From positions 47,928,001-47,988,000 of the forward strand of contig OZ076413.1 of NCBI GenBank assembly GCA_964187785.1: a DNA stretch of 60,000 nt. The letters are read 5' to 3'. The position numbers were made by a program, and so were the translations under genes. Under the pieces are notes generated by a model. The model had not been told where the DNA came from. It saw only the letters and a list, made by a program, of their open reading frames with translations, and did no database searches. How positions within the stretch are numbered: position 1 is the stretch's first letter; the number at the start of each line of letters is the position of its first letter. Below are positions 25,044 through 37,525 of the stretch, piece by piece. The DNA is from Amphiscolops sp. MND2022. Lineage: Eukaryota.

Positions 25044-25896
25044 GGGCACGGTAATAAGTTCGAACACATAAGTTCGAATTTTAATTTCGAATGGACTAAG
25101 TTCGAATTTTCCAAAAACCGGAACAAGTTCGAATCACTGTGTTCGAATTTTGAACAAACCGCCGTAAGTATAAAACGTACTTCTAATATTTCCCCAATTC
25201 ATCTAGTGCCCCGCGGCCCCTTGGGGCCGCTTATGTTCCCATCTTGCTAAGCGAGGTCGAACAGGAGCAAAGACCTAGCGGGAACGGAGATCGCGAGGCG
25301 ATCGTAGTGGGAGCTGGTCTTTGTGACGGTGAGGGGGTGGGCGGAAATAGGTCGAAGGAACGGGATCGAAAATCAGAGTTAGTCCTCAGGTCGACAATAC
25401 CAAATTTTTGAATGGGATCGAAACAACTCGGATCGAAATTTTTATAACGTAGTCAGATATGTTCACATACCCCTAGTGCCCTGAATGCAGGAGCGAAGCG
25501 AAGCGGAGCGACGTGCCATATGGCCATGCCTCAATGTTGCTACTTGGCGAAGGGAGCGAAGCGACCGAGCCATACAACAAATACGATAAAATTCGACCGC
25601 ATTCCATTCGATCCCTGTAATTCGATCAAAAGGTTCGACCTCAGTCCTTTCGACCAGAAAAATTCGACCTATTTACAGCCACCCACGGTGAGGGCGAGCG
25701 TGCATACACCGGATTTGCCCCATATTAGAAAGGAAAAGTATTGAAAATTTTCTGAGACATTTACGAAAGGTAATATTTCATTCTTGACACACCGGATATG
25801 CCCGATATGAAAATTCGAACTTGGTGTCTCGAAACTATTCCTGTTCGAACTCATTCCACTAGTTCACATTCGAACTTAGTAAATCGACTTATTGCC
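25044..25896. mobile_element. MITE with 9-bp TSD (Mutator-like), hosting a nested MITE
   Basis: TSD CGATGCCCA at 25035-25043 and 25897-25905. Arms are rich in GTTCGAA/TTCGAAC. Confidence 0.7.
25335..25684. mobile_element. Nested MITE with 9-bp TSD
   Basis: TSD ACGGTGAGG at 25326-25334 and 25685-25693. TIR GGGTGG..AAATAGGTCGAA. Confidence 0.8.
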
Positions 25897-26779
25897 CGAT
25901 GCCCACTTTGCCGAACTTCGATGCCCACTTTGCCGAAAAAAAATTCGGCAAAATGGGCAAGGTAGGGACACTTTGCCGAATTCGGCAAAATGGGCAAGGT
26001 AGGGACACTTTGCCGAATTCGGCAAAATGGGTTTCGGCAAACTGTCCCATATTCTTAGTTTGTTTTTAATCCAGTCCGGGCACGGACTGTGACACAGGAT
26101 TTAGCAATGTTCATAAAGAACTTACAGTCTTTAATGAGCTGTTTTTGGACATTGATTAACTCATGCTTGAGTTAGAATGGACTTGGCCTAATTTTGCGGT
26201 AATTTGATTAGAAAATTTTAAGCCAAATGACTCGAGGGAAAAATTAAGCCTAATGATTTTAAGCCGAGTGGCTTGTCGCCACCGTGTTTTAACCCTGTTT
26301 GACCTGGGCGCTCTTGGAAGTTTTGAAAAATCCGATTGAAACTTAATAATCATTATCGTTTCCAGAACTACGCATATCACAGAAATGAACCATGGCGCGT
26401 TTGTCCGTTGGTTTTCATTTCGATCAGGTGAGCCTATGTCGCTGCGTGCCCCATTCAGAATTTGTTTTTTTTTCGGTATCGACGCTATGCTTGTAGTACC
26501 AACAGGATATTATTGGGTTTTGTTGCGCAAAAACTTGTTTTGGAATGGTATGTGGTTGCTTATCTCTGGGTAAATGATTTTTGAGAAAACGATCTTGCCA
26601 AAAACGGAAGTTTGGAAAAGTGCCCCCTTTTTGCAATATACACCCTTTCTTCCAAGTTTTGGGGACTTATTCACTCTAATGCTTCTGCCATTCAAATCAA
26701 TCTAGATACCAATGAACTGTCAAAAAATTGGTAAAAAGATGGGATAAATGTTGAAAACTAGATAACCGGCATCGCTGAA

Positions 26780-27050
26780 AAATTTCCAGGAAGCTAAACG
26801 GTTCAAGCTGCATAACAACCAACGTATCAATCCAGTTCAAAATTTTTTCATATATTTTTAGCAATTCATGAAATTTGACGAGGTCTGTGCACCGTCTATT
26901 TTGAGATCTTCTCCGTGCTGCATTAAATTAGACCATCCGGTCTTCTCAGCTTTTTTCAAAACTTTTCCACATTTGCAGACAGCTTTCAATTTTGACTTAT
27001 TCCAAACCTTCGCATTCAAAAAACAAATAACACAGAAACTCATATGTTAG
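26780..27050 (-). pseudogene. hAT transposase N-terminal remnant (BED-like finger)
   Basis: VCKCGKVLKKAEKTGWSNLMQH, followed by WIDTLVVMQLEPFSFLE in another frame. Confidence 0.55.
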
Positions 27051-27085
27051 TGATAACTGCAATAATTGCAAAACTTTTACACTTA

Positions 27086-27532
27086 CAGTATTTCTTAGAA
27101 GAGAAGTCGCCCCCGATTAAAAGCCGCACTTAGCCCGAAAATTTTATCTTATAATCCGCCCCCGATTAGAAGCCGCGGCTTGTAATTGAGTTATTCAAAA
27201 GTTTAAAACCGTCATGGAAAATTTAAAGTCATTTCTCAAATTTTAAAGACGTATTCATCAATCGGAGACAATATAACAGAAGCATCATCACTAGTTTCAG
27301 AAGTCTCAACAACTTGCATGGTATTTTAAATCAGAGAATTCCCATTTCTAAGATATCATTCCATTGTCTCGGCCAATAGGATTTGGGCATCGAACAATGA
27401 GTTAGCAGTGCATTGCTTGCTGCCAGCAATGACTCGGAAACAAATTAAGAATGCAAGCTGCCCTTGAATATAGGCCGCAAAATACGTACGGGAAAATCTT
27501 GAAAGCCGTGGCCTGTATTCGAAGAAATACGG
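27086..27532. mobile_element. Tc1/mariner(pogo)-like MITE
   Basis: TA flanks, TIR C(A/C)GTATTTCTT.GAA and subterminal AAGCCGC repeats. Confidence 0.6.
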
Positions 27533-28251
27533 TAATTGGTGACTGCAAAAGTCCAAAATCAATTATAATTGCAATTATTAATTGCGGGTCCATGTTTGCG
27601 AGTGTCGTGTGATGAGAAACTTGGTCCGGGACAGGTTGAGGTAACTAATTAATCAATTAGTGTAATTGCAACTTTTGCAATCATTCAATTTTTACCAATT
27701 GATTGCTATTAATTTTATCTGTTTATAACTACTTTGTTTTCAGACCATGAGGCTGCCGAAATCCGATGAGGAAGGGCACTGCAGCAACAGGGTCGAAAAA
27801 ATGACCGCATTACAAAAGCTTTTTTCCCGTTACGATGATATTGGTGAAGAAATTATGATAGAGTGGGATGCCTGTTCAATTTCCTCCTCAAGTCTACCTG
27901 TGTCCTCTCACCCTGTCCAAGATATATCAGAGCTTGCATTCCGGAAAGTGTTGTCTTCAGCTTCTAGTTCTAGCTCGATAACTATGTCGGATGATAGCGA
28001 CTCATTATATGAGAGGAGACCCCCCACTCCTTACCCATTGGATTCAGACGAGCCCGGGCCCAGTGGAAAAATCTTGATCCCGTTTCCTGTCCGTACAGCC
28101 GAAGCTTACTCACACTTCATTTATTTTGCCGTTCTCAAATTAACCTCACATTCTATTGAACCTCAAGTGAGTAATTTCAACCATTCTAAGAGTTTTGAAC
28201 GATTTGAGCACAAATCTCAAGAAGTTGAAATACGAGTCTAGATGCATCAAA

Positions 28252-28588
28252 GGGAACGTTTATTTAGGCCCGAAAAACTGAGGCCCGGTAATGAAATGTT
28301 ACCTGAGGCCCGAAAATTTGTTCATCAAAATTATTATTATAACGTAATCAGCTGTACTCACACACCCCTAGTGCCCTAAATGCAAGAGCGGCGACGTGTC
28401 ATTTGGCCATGCCTCAATGTTGCTACTTGACGAAGGGAGCGAAGCGACCGAGCCATACAATAAATATGCTAACCTCTTCAAATAAATCAAGTTAAATACA
28501 AATTGGCTGATATGATATCTGAAGCTAATAGTCACCGAATTGATCGGGCCTCAAATTACAATAGCTTTGGGCCTCAAATATGCTACCC
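28252..28588. mobile_element. MITE with 8/9-bp TSD, sharing its core with 25335-25684
   Basis: TSD GCATCAAA(G) at 28244 and 28589. Imperfect TIR with GAGGCCC repeats. Confidence 0.7.
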
Positions 28589-29520
28589 GCATCAAAGTAA
28601 AGATCTTATTCAATTCTCTCGTTTTTGGTTGTACAGGTGACACTGGACCATCGGCCACAAAAGTAATAACCCGACTTGCGGCAAAAATCAACGGCCAGAA
28701 CAAACCGGGAACGGCATAAATTGCATAGGGGACCCTTTGGAGACATTTTTTAAAAAAAAAAACGAAAAAGTCTCACAATGCCGAAAAAACTGAAAGGGCA
28801 TTAGTCTCGCCCGGTATTGTGCGAACTTTGTAGAACTATTTTGGTCAGTTCCTAAGTAGGACGATCCTTCGGGTGCAACTTAACCTTGACAGCCCTTCGG
28901 GTGCAATTTACAATGTAATCAGACCATTCATGATGATAAAAAAGTAATACGACGGCCTAGTTTATAAGTTCTTCACTTACGGATGTTTTTCCAATTCATT
29001 TATTGCGACCGTTGCGGACACTGCGGCTTGCAGCGTATCGACACCAAAAAAAGTGAGTCCTTTTTTAAAAATAAAATGAGTTGCAAATGATTCTTATATA
29101 TTCTCATTGTCCCGTTTGTTATATTGTTTGTTATATTTATTTTTACGGGACACGATTTCCAATTTGCATCTTAGTTTAAGTGCGTGAATTGTTAATTTCG
29201 TTCAATGGGCTCGGGCAAGTTGTTGAGTTTTATTTTAATTTAATTTAATATTCCATGATTTGACGCATGAACACTTTTATAAATACTGATGAAAACTTTT
29301 CATGATTATTGAATGACTTTTAGCGCGAAATACTTTGACTCATTGTTTTTCTTGAAATCTTTGATATTAGTCACTTTGATCAAAAAGAGATTAATTCCGT
29401 CCAAGAATTTTTGCTATCAAGCTATAGCGTAAACAAAGAGCAACTGCCAGTGCAGCAGAATTCTACATTTTGGTGACCCTCTCGACGTGATATTGGTTAG
29501 ATCGTTCCTAATTCTTTCAT

Positions 29521-30104
29521 ATGGTACGAAAAAGTATTTACCTGAAGAACAGCTCAAAGTTTTTGATTCTGTCAGGTTCACTTCTGAAAAGGTTCAAAAC
29601 AATTTCATTTGACGTTTTGTCTGTACTTGGAGCTCGCCCTCAAGATCTTTGGGATTTTCTATCAATAGGTTTGAGAAGATCATATTGTTTGTGGGGGGTA
29701 ACGCATTAGAGGATTTTCAATCAAAAAACGGCACTTTTCGATCAGCTCAAGAACCAATTGAAGTTGCAACAGAAATATTTGAACTAGCTCGAGCACTTCT
29801 ACAGTTTTCATTGTTGGAGTACCACCTCGAGGTACTGAAGAATTACAGCATAAAGTTTTGCAACTAAACGCTGAGCTTAACGCTTTTTGCAACTCACAGA
29901 AGCAACCCATAGTTTTTGTTGGCATCTCGCATTACCTTTACGACTTGAAGCATATATCCAAAGATCTGTCACTTTGAAAAAGGAGCTTTCGCAAAAATTC
30001 ACAAATTACTTAACGAAAAGGTATTGAGAAAGAAGTTCCAAAAACCTTGTCACTGCAAAACAGTTCATACTTTTTGGAAGGAGTATACTACATATCCTTT
30101 CTAA
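29521..30104 (+). pseudogene. SGNH/GDSL hydrolase-like ORF (three frameshifts) inside the BEL element
   Basis: Reconstructed: FLILSGSLLK (block I), SVLGARPQD (II), IILFVGGNAL (III), VFIVGVPPRG, KHISKD-x-CHF (V, DxxH). Confidence 0.7.
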
Positions 30105-30287
30105 CCAGATATTCCCTCATTTGTCTTCCACTAATTTGAGTGTCCTGCCTGCAAGGGGCTGTGCTCACTTGAATTCAATCGCCTTTTTTGTCGTTCCTTT
30201 TCGTTGACCTGCCTGCAAGGGGCTGTGCTCAATCGGAAAAACGACAATTGCTTCCTCCTCATTTGAAATACATAGAACAGGACTACA

Positions 30288-33200
30288 ATGTCCGATGAAA
30301 CACGAAGACTCCTAGCCTCTCGAAAGGCTCATATATGCGTTGTTACTCGAAAGGGCAACGAGTTCGAAAAAATTAAAACGAAGCCCATTGAAGAACTTAC
30401 AGCGGATGATAGATTACTAGCAGAAACGCTTTTAGAATCACTGACTGAAAAAATAGCTAAAATTGGAGAAATCGATCTCAAAGTTCTCGATGCTACTGAA
30501 ACTTCTGACGAGGCCTTAGAAACGGAAATTTCCAAACAAGATGAAATTGAAGCTGAAGTAAAATCGTTGATGAAAAGCATCCAAAAGTGGATTACAGAAC
30601 ATACATCTGATGTTGACGAAACATCATCCCTTGGCTCAAACCACCGTGACAATGTTCGTCTTCCTCGAATTGAACTTCCCTCTTTTGATGGTCAGTATAA
30701 AGATTGGAAAACATTCTTTGATATGTTTAAAGTAACTGTGCACGAACAGCAATCTTTACCCAAAGTACAAAAGCTTTACTATCTCAAAGGTGCTTTGAAA
30801 GGAGAAGCTAAACGTGTTCTTTCTCATTTGCCTACAACTGAAGCAAATTATGATGCAGCTATTGAACTCTTGAAAGATCGATATGATAATGAGTTTCTGA
30901 TCACGAAAGCGCATTTAAATAACATTTTCAAAATTGATTCGATGAAGACCGTGCAGACAGCTTGAGGAAACTCATTGGTATTTTTAATGAGAATGAGATG
31001 GCTCTTAGTGCCTTGGGAATTGACACAAAAAGTTGTGACTTCGTTTGGGTGCATATACTCTCCAAAAAACTGGACTCTGAAACTGCTCGTGAGTGGCAGT
31101 TGAGTAATGCTGATGGAAAATTGCAATCAATGGAGCAATTGAGAAAGTTTCTCGAACGTCGTGCTCGTGCTTTAGAGGCATCTGGCCGATCTTTAGAAAC
31201 CACTCGCGAGTTGACGCGAGAAAAAAGGGCTGAAAGAAAAACCTGCCAAAGTTATCAGTCCAATTCAATGTCTTGTCCTGTGTGTAAAAAGGCACATCGG
31301 ATATACACCTGTCCAGCTTTCTTGTCTTTATCACTTAATGAAAGACATCAAAGGATTAAAGAACTTAGACTTTGCTTCAACTGTCTGAAAGAAGGTCATA
31401 GTATCAAGAGTTGTTCCTCGAAAAAGTTATGCCAAACCTGTAACAAAAAACACAACACATTGTTACATCGGATTAATACTGCCTCAGTTCACTTTACTGA
31501 AAATGCGCATACCACAAATGACGATCCTCAATTTACAGGACATCAGCAGGAATCAAGTTACACGACAGTTCTTCCAACTGCTATTGTTTCTGTAATTGAT
31601 TCACAAAATAAACTTGTACAATGCCGGGCTTTATTTGATAGTGGCTCGCAACTTAGCTTTATCACTGAAAAATTGGTTAATGCATTCAATCTAAACAAAG
31701 ATGATGTAAACTTGAACCTGAGTGGTATCGGCGGCAAGGCAAAAGATGTTAAAGCTGGTCGTGTCAAACTTGTTTCGAAATCTGGATCGAAACAAGTCAA
31801 TGTGTCTGCATACATTTTGAAACAACTAACAAATTGCATACCGAGTAAACTTCTGAACGGTCCTACAACACCTACCAATATCTCTTTGGCTGATCCCAAT
31901 TTCAATGTCTCCAAACCAGTGGACATGATATTAGGTGTGGATATCTTTGAAGAATTGATGGAAAATCAACGTCGGGAAATTTCTCCTGGTTTGTTTTTAC
32001 GTAAAACGATTTTTGGATGGGTGTTGATTGGAAAACAGAACGAATCAACAAATTCTTTCATCTCTTGTCATGCCTCCATTGACGAAACTTTGAGAAAGTT
32101 TTGGGAAGTTGAGACTCTACCTCAAAGAAAGTTGCCAACTGAAGAAGAATTGCTATGTGAGAAAATCTTTCAAGAAACCACAAGGGTTGTCGACAATCGT
32201 TTCGTAGTCAAGTTGCCTTTCAAAAAAGATGCGATTCTAGGTGAAAGCTTAACTCAAGCTCAACGCAGATTCAGTTCATTGGAACGTCGGTTGGACACTA
32301 ATCCCGAATTGAGAAAACGGTATGGTGATTTTGTTGATTGTTTCACTTGACCACATGGAAGTCGTTCCTGAAAATGAAATCAACAAACCTGATAGTGATG
32401 TTTACTATCTACCTCATCATTGTGTCTTCAAAGAAGACTCAACAACATCGAAGTTACGTTCAGTCTTCGATGGTTCTGAGAAGACTTCGAATGGACTTTC
32501 ACTGAACGAAAGTCTCATGGTTGGACCAGTCGTTCAGAATGATCTGTTTACTATTCTGAATAAATTCCGTTGCAAGCCTATAGCGCTATCAGCGGACATT
32601 GCCAAAATGTACCGTCAGGTCGAACTAGATGCACCTGACAAAGACTTTCATCGTCTTCTGTGGCGCAGCAAAAAAGATGAAAAAGTGAAACATATGCGAA
32701 TGAAGCGAGTTATCTACGGAATTGCTTCTTCTGCTTTCCACTCCACTCGCTGCCTAAAGGAAGTTGCTAATCGGACAAACAACCATACAGTCGCTGACGC
32801 ACTCAATAATTCATTTTACGTTGATGACTTTCTCGGTGGTGCTAACACCATCACAGAAGCGCGTAATTTGATGAAAGACTTATGTACTGAGCTTTCCGCT
32901 TTCGGGTTTGAGCTCAGAAAGTGGACTTCAAGTCACCCGGAATGAACAATGGAGCTACCCCTTGAACTCCGAGAAACATCAGATGAACTCGCGCTTTTTT
33001 CAGAAGAATACGAAATAAAAGCACTTAGCATCTGTTGGAAACCCAACACTGAGGAGTTTGCGTTTTCAATAGACTTATTTCCTGTCGAACAGCTGACAAA
33101 AAGAACGCTTCTCGCCGACTCTTCAAAAATGTTTGACCCTATTGGCTGGATCGCACCAGTCATTATCGCCTTCAAGTGCCTCATCCAACAAACATGGATT

Positions 33201-35352
33201 GAAGGACTTTCATGGGACGAGAAACTACCAGTTCATATTGCAAATGATTGCATGGAACTACGCACAGGTTTAGATAAACTTAACGAATTTCGGATTCCTC
33301 GCTGTGTTGTCCCGAGTCAAATGCATACAAAACAACTTCACGTTTTCTGCGATGCATCGGAGAAGGCCTATGCAGCAGTTGTGTATTTACGCACAGACGA
33401 TGCAGACCAAAATATCCGAGTATCGCTTCTGACTGCCGAAACTAGAGTATCACCTGTGAAACAATGATCAATGCCGCGGTTAGAACTTTGCGCCGCGCAA
33501 CTTGGTGCAACATTACTGAATACCATGAGGCATATCCTTGACATACACGATGTTTTTTTTTTGCTTGGAGTGACAGCACCATCGTTCTCAATTGGCTCTC
33601 AGAGCTACCTCGAACTTGGAATACCTTCGTTGCAAATCGAGTAGCAAATATTCAAGAGATTCTGCCTCGAAATCATTGGGATCATGTACCGACCGAGGAT
33701 AACCCTGCAGATATTGCTTCGCGAGGTGCAACAGCTTCCCAACTATTTGTGAACAAACTTTGGTGGACAGGGCCGAATTGGCTAGAAAGTAATACAACGC
33801 ATTGGCCTCATTATAGGCCCACTAATGAAGAAAATCAAAAGAAACGAGAACCAAAAAGCGTTCTCACTCTCACTATTACTCCTCATTTCATGGACGTGAA
33901 TCGTTTTTCTAAATTGAAAACATTAGTTCGAGTTTTTGCATTCATACAAAGATTCATCAACATTCTGAAAAAGGATCGCAGCAATTTCGGAACACCTTTA
34001 ACAGCTACTGATTTATCTAACGCCAACTTTCGAATGATTTCCTTTGAACAAAAGAGATATTTCTCTGAAGAATTCAATTTGTTGAAAAACCAAGAAGAAC
34101 TTCCGAAATCTTTGAACATGCGGAATTTGACACCTTTTTATGATGCCGAGTTTGATGTTCTGCGAGCAGGAGGTCGAATGGGCAATTCTAACTTCAACGA
34201 GTTGAAGAAGTTTCCAATGCTTATCCCAAAAGGCTCACCTCTTGTTCCTCTCACAATTAGACACTTCCATGAAGAGACTCTTCATGGTGGGGGCCTTTTG
34301 ACAAATGCTGCTATCAGAGAGCAGTACTGGATCATTGGTGCTAAACCGCAAATCAATAAAGTAATAAAAAATTTGTCAAATGCTGTCATTACTCTTTGAA
34401 ACCACCGTTCCAGCTAATGGCTGATCTACCAGCCGAACGAGTCACACAGGCAAGACCCTTCTCTCAATGTGGTCTCGATTTTGCTGGACCAATAATGACT
34501 AAATTACCTGATTCTGCATGTCAAAAAAGTTATGTCGCTTTGTTTGTGTGCTTTATAACTAAAGCTATACATTTTGAATTAGTCTCAAATTTGACGAAAG
34601 AAGCCTGTATTCTTGCATTGAAACGATTTTCGGCTAGGCGCGGTACCCCAACAAAACTTTTTAGTGACAATGGATCCAATTTCATTGGAGCTAGAAATGA
34701 CCTAATCAAACTTCAAGAAATTCTCTCAAGCAAGGAAGAGAATTCTTTGTTTGTGTATGCTAATCAAAAAGGTTCTCAGTGGATAACTATTCCCAGCAGA
34801 TCTCCACATTTCAGTGGCTTATGGGAAGCGGGTGTGAAAAGCATCAAGCGACACTTACGCCGGATTGTTGGTCAGCAGAAATTAAGCAATGAAGAATTAT
34901 TGACAGTTTTGACACTGATTGAAGCCATTTTGAATTCCAGACCATTAACTCCCCTCTCCAATGACCCTAATGACTTAGCACCGCTGACTCCTGCACATTT
35001 TTTAATTGGTATTTCTTTCAATCCCGTACCAACATCCAATCTTCAGTTGCCGCTGAACACTAGATTTCGTCTTATACAACAAATTCAGAAGGACTTCTGG
35101 GATGCTTGGAAACGAGACTATCTTGTAACTTTACAAGTACGGACAAAATGGTTCACTAACGGGCCAGAAATTAATCGTGACGATTTGGTCCTGATAGCTG
35201 ATGATGACCTCAAACCTCTCCAATGGAAAACTGGTCGTGTAGTGGAACTTTACTCCGGAAACGACGATATTACAAGAGTTGTTAAGCTGAAAACTTCCAC
35301 CGGAGAAATGATTAGACCAGTTATAAAACTGAGAAAACTTCCAATTGAATAG
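30288..35352 (+). pseudogene. BEL/Pao gag-pol polyprotein, disrupted
   Basis: LPRIELPSFDG (DUF1759-type), three Cys knuckles, ALFDSGSQ protease, ADIAKMY and FYVDD RT, HVFCDAS RNase H, LDFAGP/SDNGSNF/GLWEAGVK integrase. Split over six ORFs by frameshifts and stops. Confidence 0.92.
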
Positions 35353-36595
35353 CTTTGAATTCTTTCCATAATTGATGTTGATCAAGGGGTGCGGTATGTT
35401 GAGTTTTATTTTAATTTAATTTAATATTCCATTTGACGCATGAACACTTTTATAAATACTGATGAAAACTTTTCATGATTATTGAATGACTTTTAGCGCG
35501 AAATACTTTGACTCATTGTTTTTCTTAATCTTCGATATTAGTCACTTTGATCAAAAAGAGATTAATTCCGTCCAAGAATTTTTGCTATCAAGCTATAGCG
35601 TAAACAAAGAGCAACTGCCAGTGCAGCAGAATTCTACACAAGTTAAGGCTCGTCAGGAAACACCAGTAGAGAAGTATTGTGCGCTCTCAAAAAGTGCGGA
35701 AAGTTTAATCTAAAAGTTGAGACGCGTTCGTGTAAATGACTATATTTCTGGGTATATAGAGGACTATATTTCTGCGTATAGTACCGTTCTAAAATATCGC
35801 AACTCCATTGCTCAAAATTGCAAATTGCCAATCCAAATATCTTGAAAACTGTCATAAATACGAAAGATAGTCAGCTAGGAAAGTTTTATAATTTTTTGTA
35901 GTTTTCAAAAATATTTGTTTCAATTTTTGCGACAAAGTTAGAAATTGCAAATTTTGGCAAAATTTCAAGTAATTGCTTTTTTTTTCTTGATCTATCCAAA
36001 GTTTAAAAATTTTCAGTCAATCATGCTCCTGAGGATGTTGATATGATTTGATTGAATTTTTTTTTATTTCAAATATAAATCATCAATTTCCTAAATACAG
36101 TTCTTATAGCCTATCTTAATGCATGTACTGCAGTGCTCATAGACACAAAATATAGTACATTTTTTTCTGATTCGAAGCAAATTCTCGATCAAAACAATTC
36201 AGTAGGTTCGGGGGATTGTAAGGAGTCTCCGGTTTAAAAAAATCCAAAAAATGATTCTAAGTTACTAAATTTTCGAAAAAAAAAATCAAATTTCATTTTA
36301 AAATTTTGTGAAATTTGCATTTTAAAATATTTCAGTATATGTCGTAGAAATTTCAAACAAACATTCTTGTAAACTAGATGAAATTCTGGTAAACTTTTGT
36401 AGATGCCGAAATTTCATATTCGTGACAGTTTATGAGATATTTGGTTTTGAAGTTTGCTATTTTAAGCAATGAGGTTGCTGTATTTCAGAACGCTACTCTA
36501 CGCTTTTGTAACGCGGCCATGTAAACTTTTTGCGACCAATTATTTGTTACTGTTTTCTTTTGACAGCAGGTGAGCTGATATCTGCTGGTAATAAT

Positions 36596-37525
36596 TAGGA
36601 AAAGTTAATAATTAGGAACGGCGGCGCATTTTTCCTCATTTTCGGCAAAAAATTATGAATTTTCGGCTAGGTGCAAACTGCGTTTTTGACACAGTTAATT
36701 TACAAGCACTTGTTATATTGTACAAACATCAACTTATTGATAGTTTCTTCGAGAATACGGGGCCGGTCCTGTAAAAAAGACTGAAGAACCGAAATTAGTC
36801 TTTCCACGTCCATTGAAGTTGCAGGCACAAATGCGCAAAGTGCCATTTCTTGGGGATCCGTAACGCCAATGCCTTCAGCTTTTTGGCCTATCTCACGAAG
36901 TCCTATATTCGTACTGGTAACGTCAGACAGTTTGTCCAGAGCAACTTTTGCAGCGGGGTTTCCTGTTTCTACAAAGTCTACCAATTTTTCGTGGATTTTT
37001 TCCATCTGCATAATTGTTTTGCGTTTGACCGCTTTTTGATGACCCCTTGACGAAATATGGTCGCTCACGTGATTTGTTTTCGCAGCCTTAAAACATTTAA
37101 GACACGTGGAGCAGAAGACGACGATCTCGTTTGTAGATGATGTATGAATTTTTAAACATTTATGCTGCGAAATAGCATCCCTTAATTTTGTCATTCCACG
37201 TTTAGGCCCATTTGTATTATTTTGTAACTCGCGCTTACGCGCAGATCGTAAGAGATGTGAACAGACGCGCTAGGCAGCGAAAGTGAAAGCGAAGCCTCAA
37301 GGTAAACATTACAGCACGACGCGTTCACGCAGCTACATGTATCAGGATTCCGCGGTCAGCTAAGTGACAATGTAAACACTGGAAACCGTTCGCGCTATGG
37401 CTGGCTAGAACTGTTTTTTTCTTCGCGTGCGGCCAGTTTCGGCAGTTTTGCCGATTTCCGGCTATTTTTTTGTAATTGTGAGCATTTTCGGCGGTTTTCG
37501 GCTCAGCCGAAAATTACTTTTCCTA
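36596..37525 (-). mobile_element. Internally deleted hAT DNA transposon (930 bp)
   Basis: TIR TAGGAAAAGT / ACTTTTCCTA. 8-bp TSD GTAATAAT at 36588-36595 and 37526-37533. Confidence 0.9.
36700..37194 (-). CDS. Truncated hAT transposase: N-terminal zinc finger fused in frame to the C-terminal dimerisation motif
   Basis: FCSTCLKC...HVSDHISSRGH (CGGBP1/BED-like C2H2) and FVPATSMDVERLIS...DRPRILEETINKLMFV (hAT C-terminus). 164 aa, lacking the catalytic core. Confidence 0.7.
   Translation of the reverse strand: MTKLRDAISQHKCLKIHTSSTNEIVVFCSTCLKCFKAAKTNHVSDHISSRGHQKAVKRKTIMQMEKIHEKLVDFVETGNPAAKVALDKLSDVTSTNIGLREIGQKAEGIGVTDPQEMALCAFVPATSMDVERLISVLQSFLQDRPRILEETINKLMFVQYNKCL

Larger units (their letters stand above)
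29221..35638 (+). mobile_element. Full-length BEL/Pao LTR retrotransposon with an extra upstream ORF
   Basis: LTRs 29221-29467 and 35397-35638 (TG...CA, near-identical). 5-bp TSD CAAGT. tRNA-Trp-type PBS TGGTGACC..CGACGTGAT at 29471-29491. Purine-rich tract before the 3' LTR. Confidence 0.95.
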
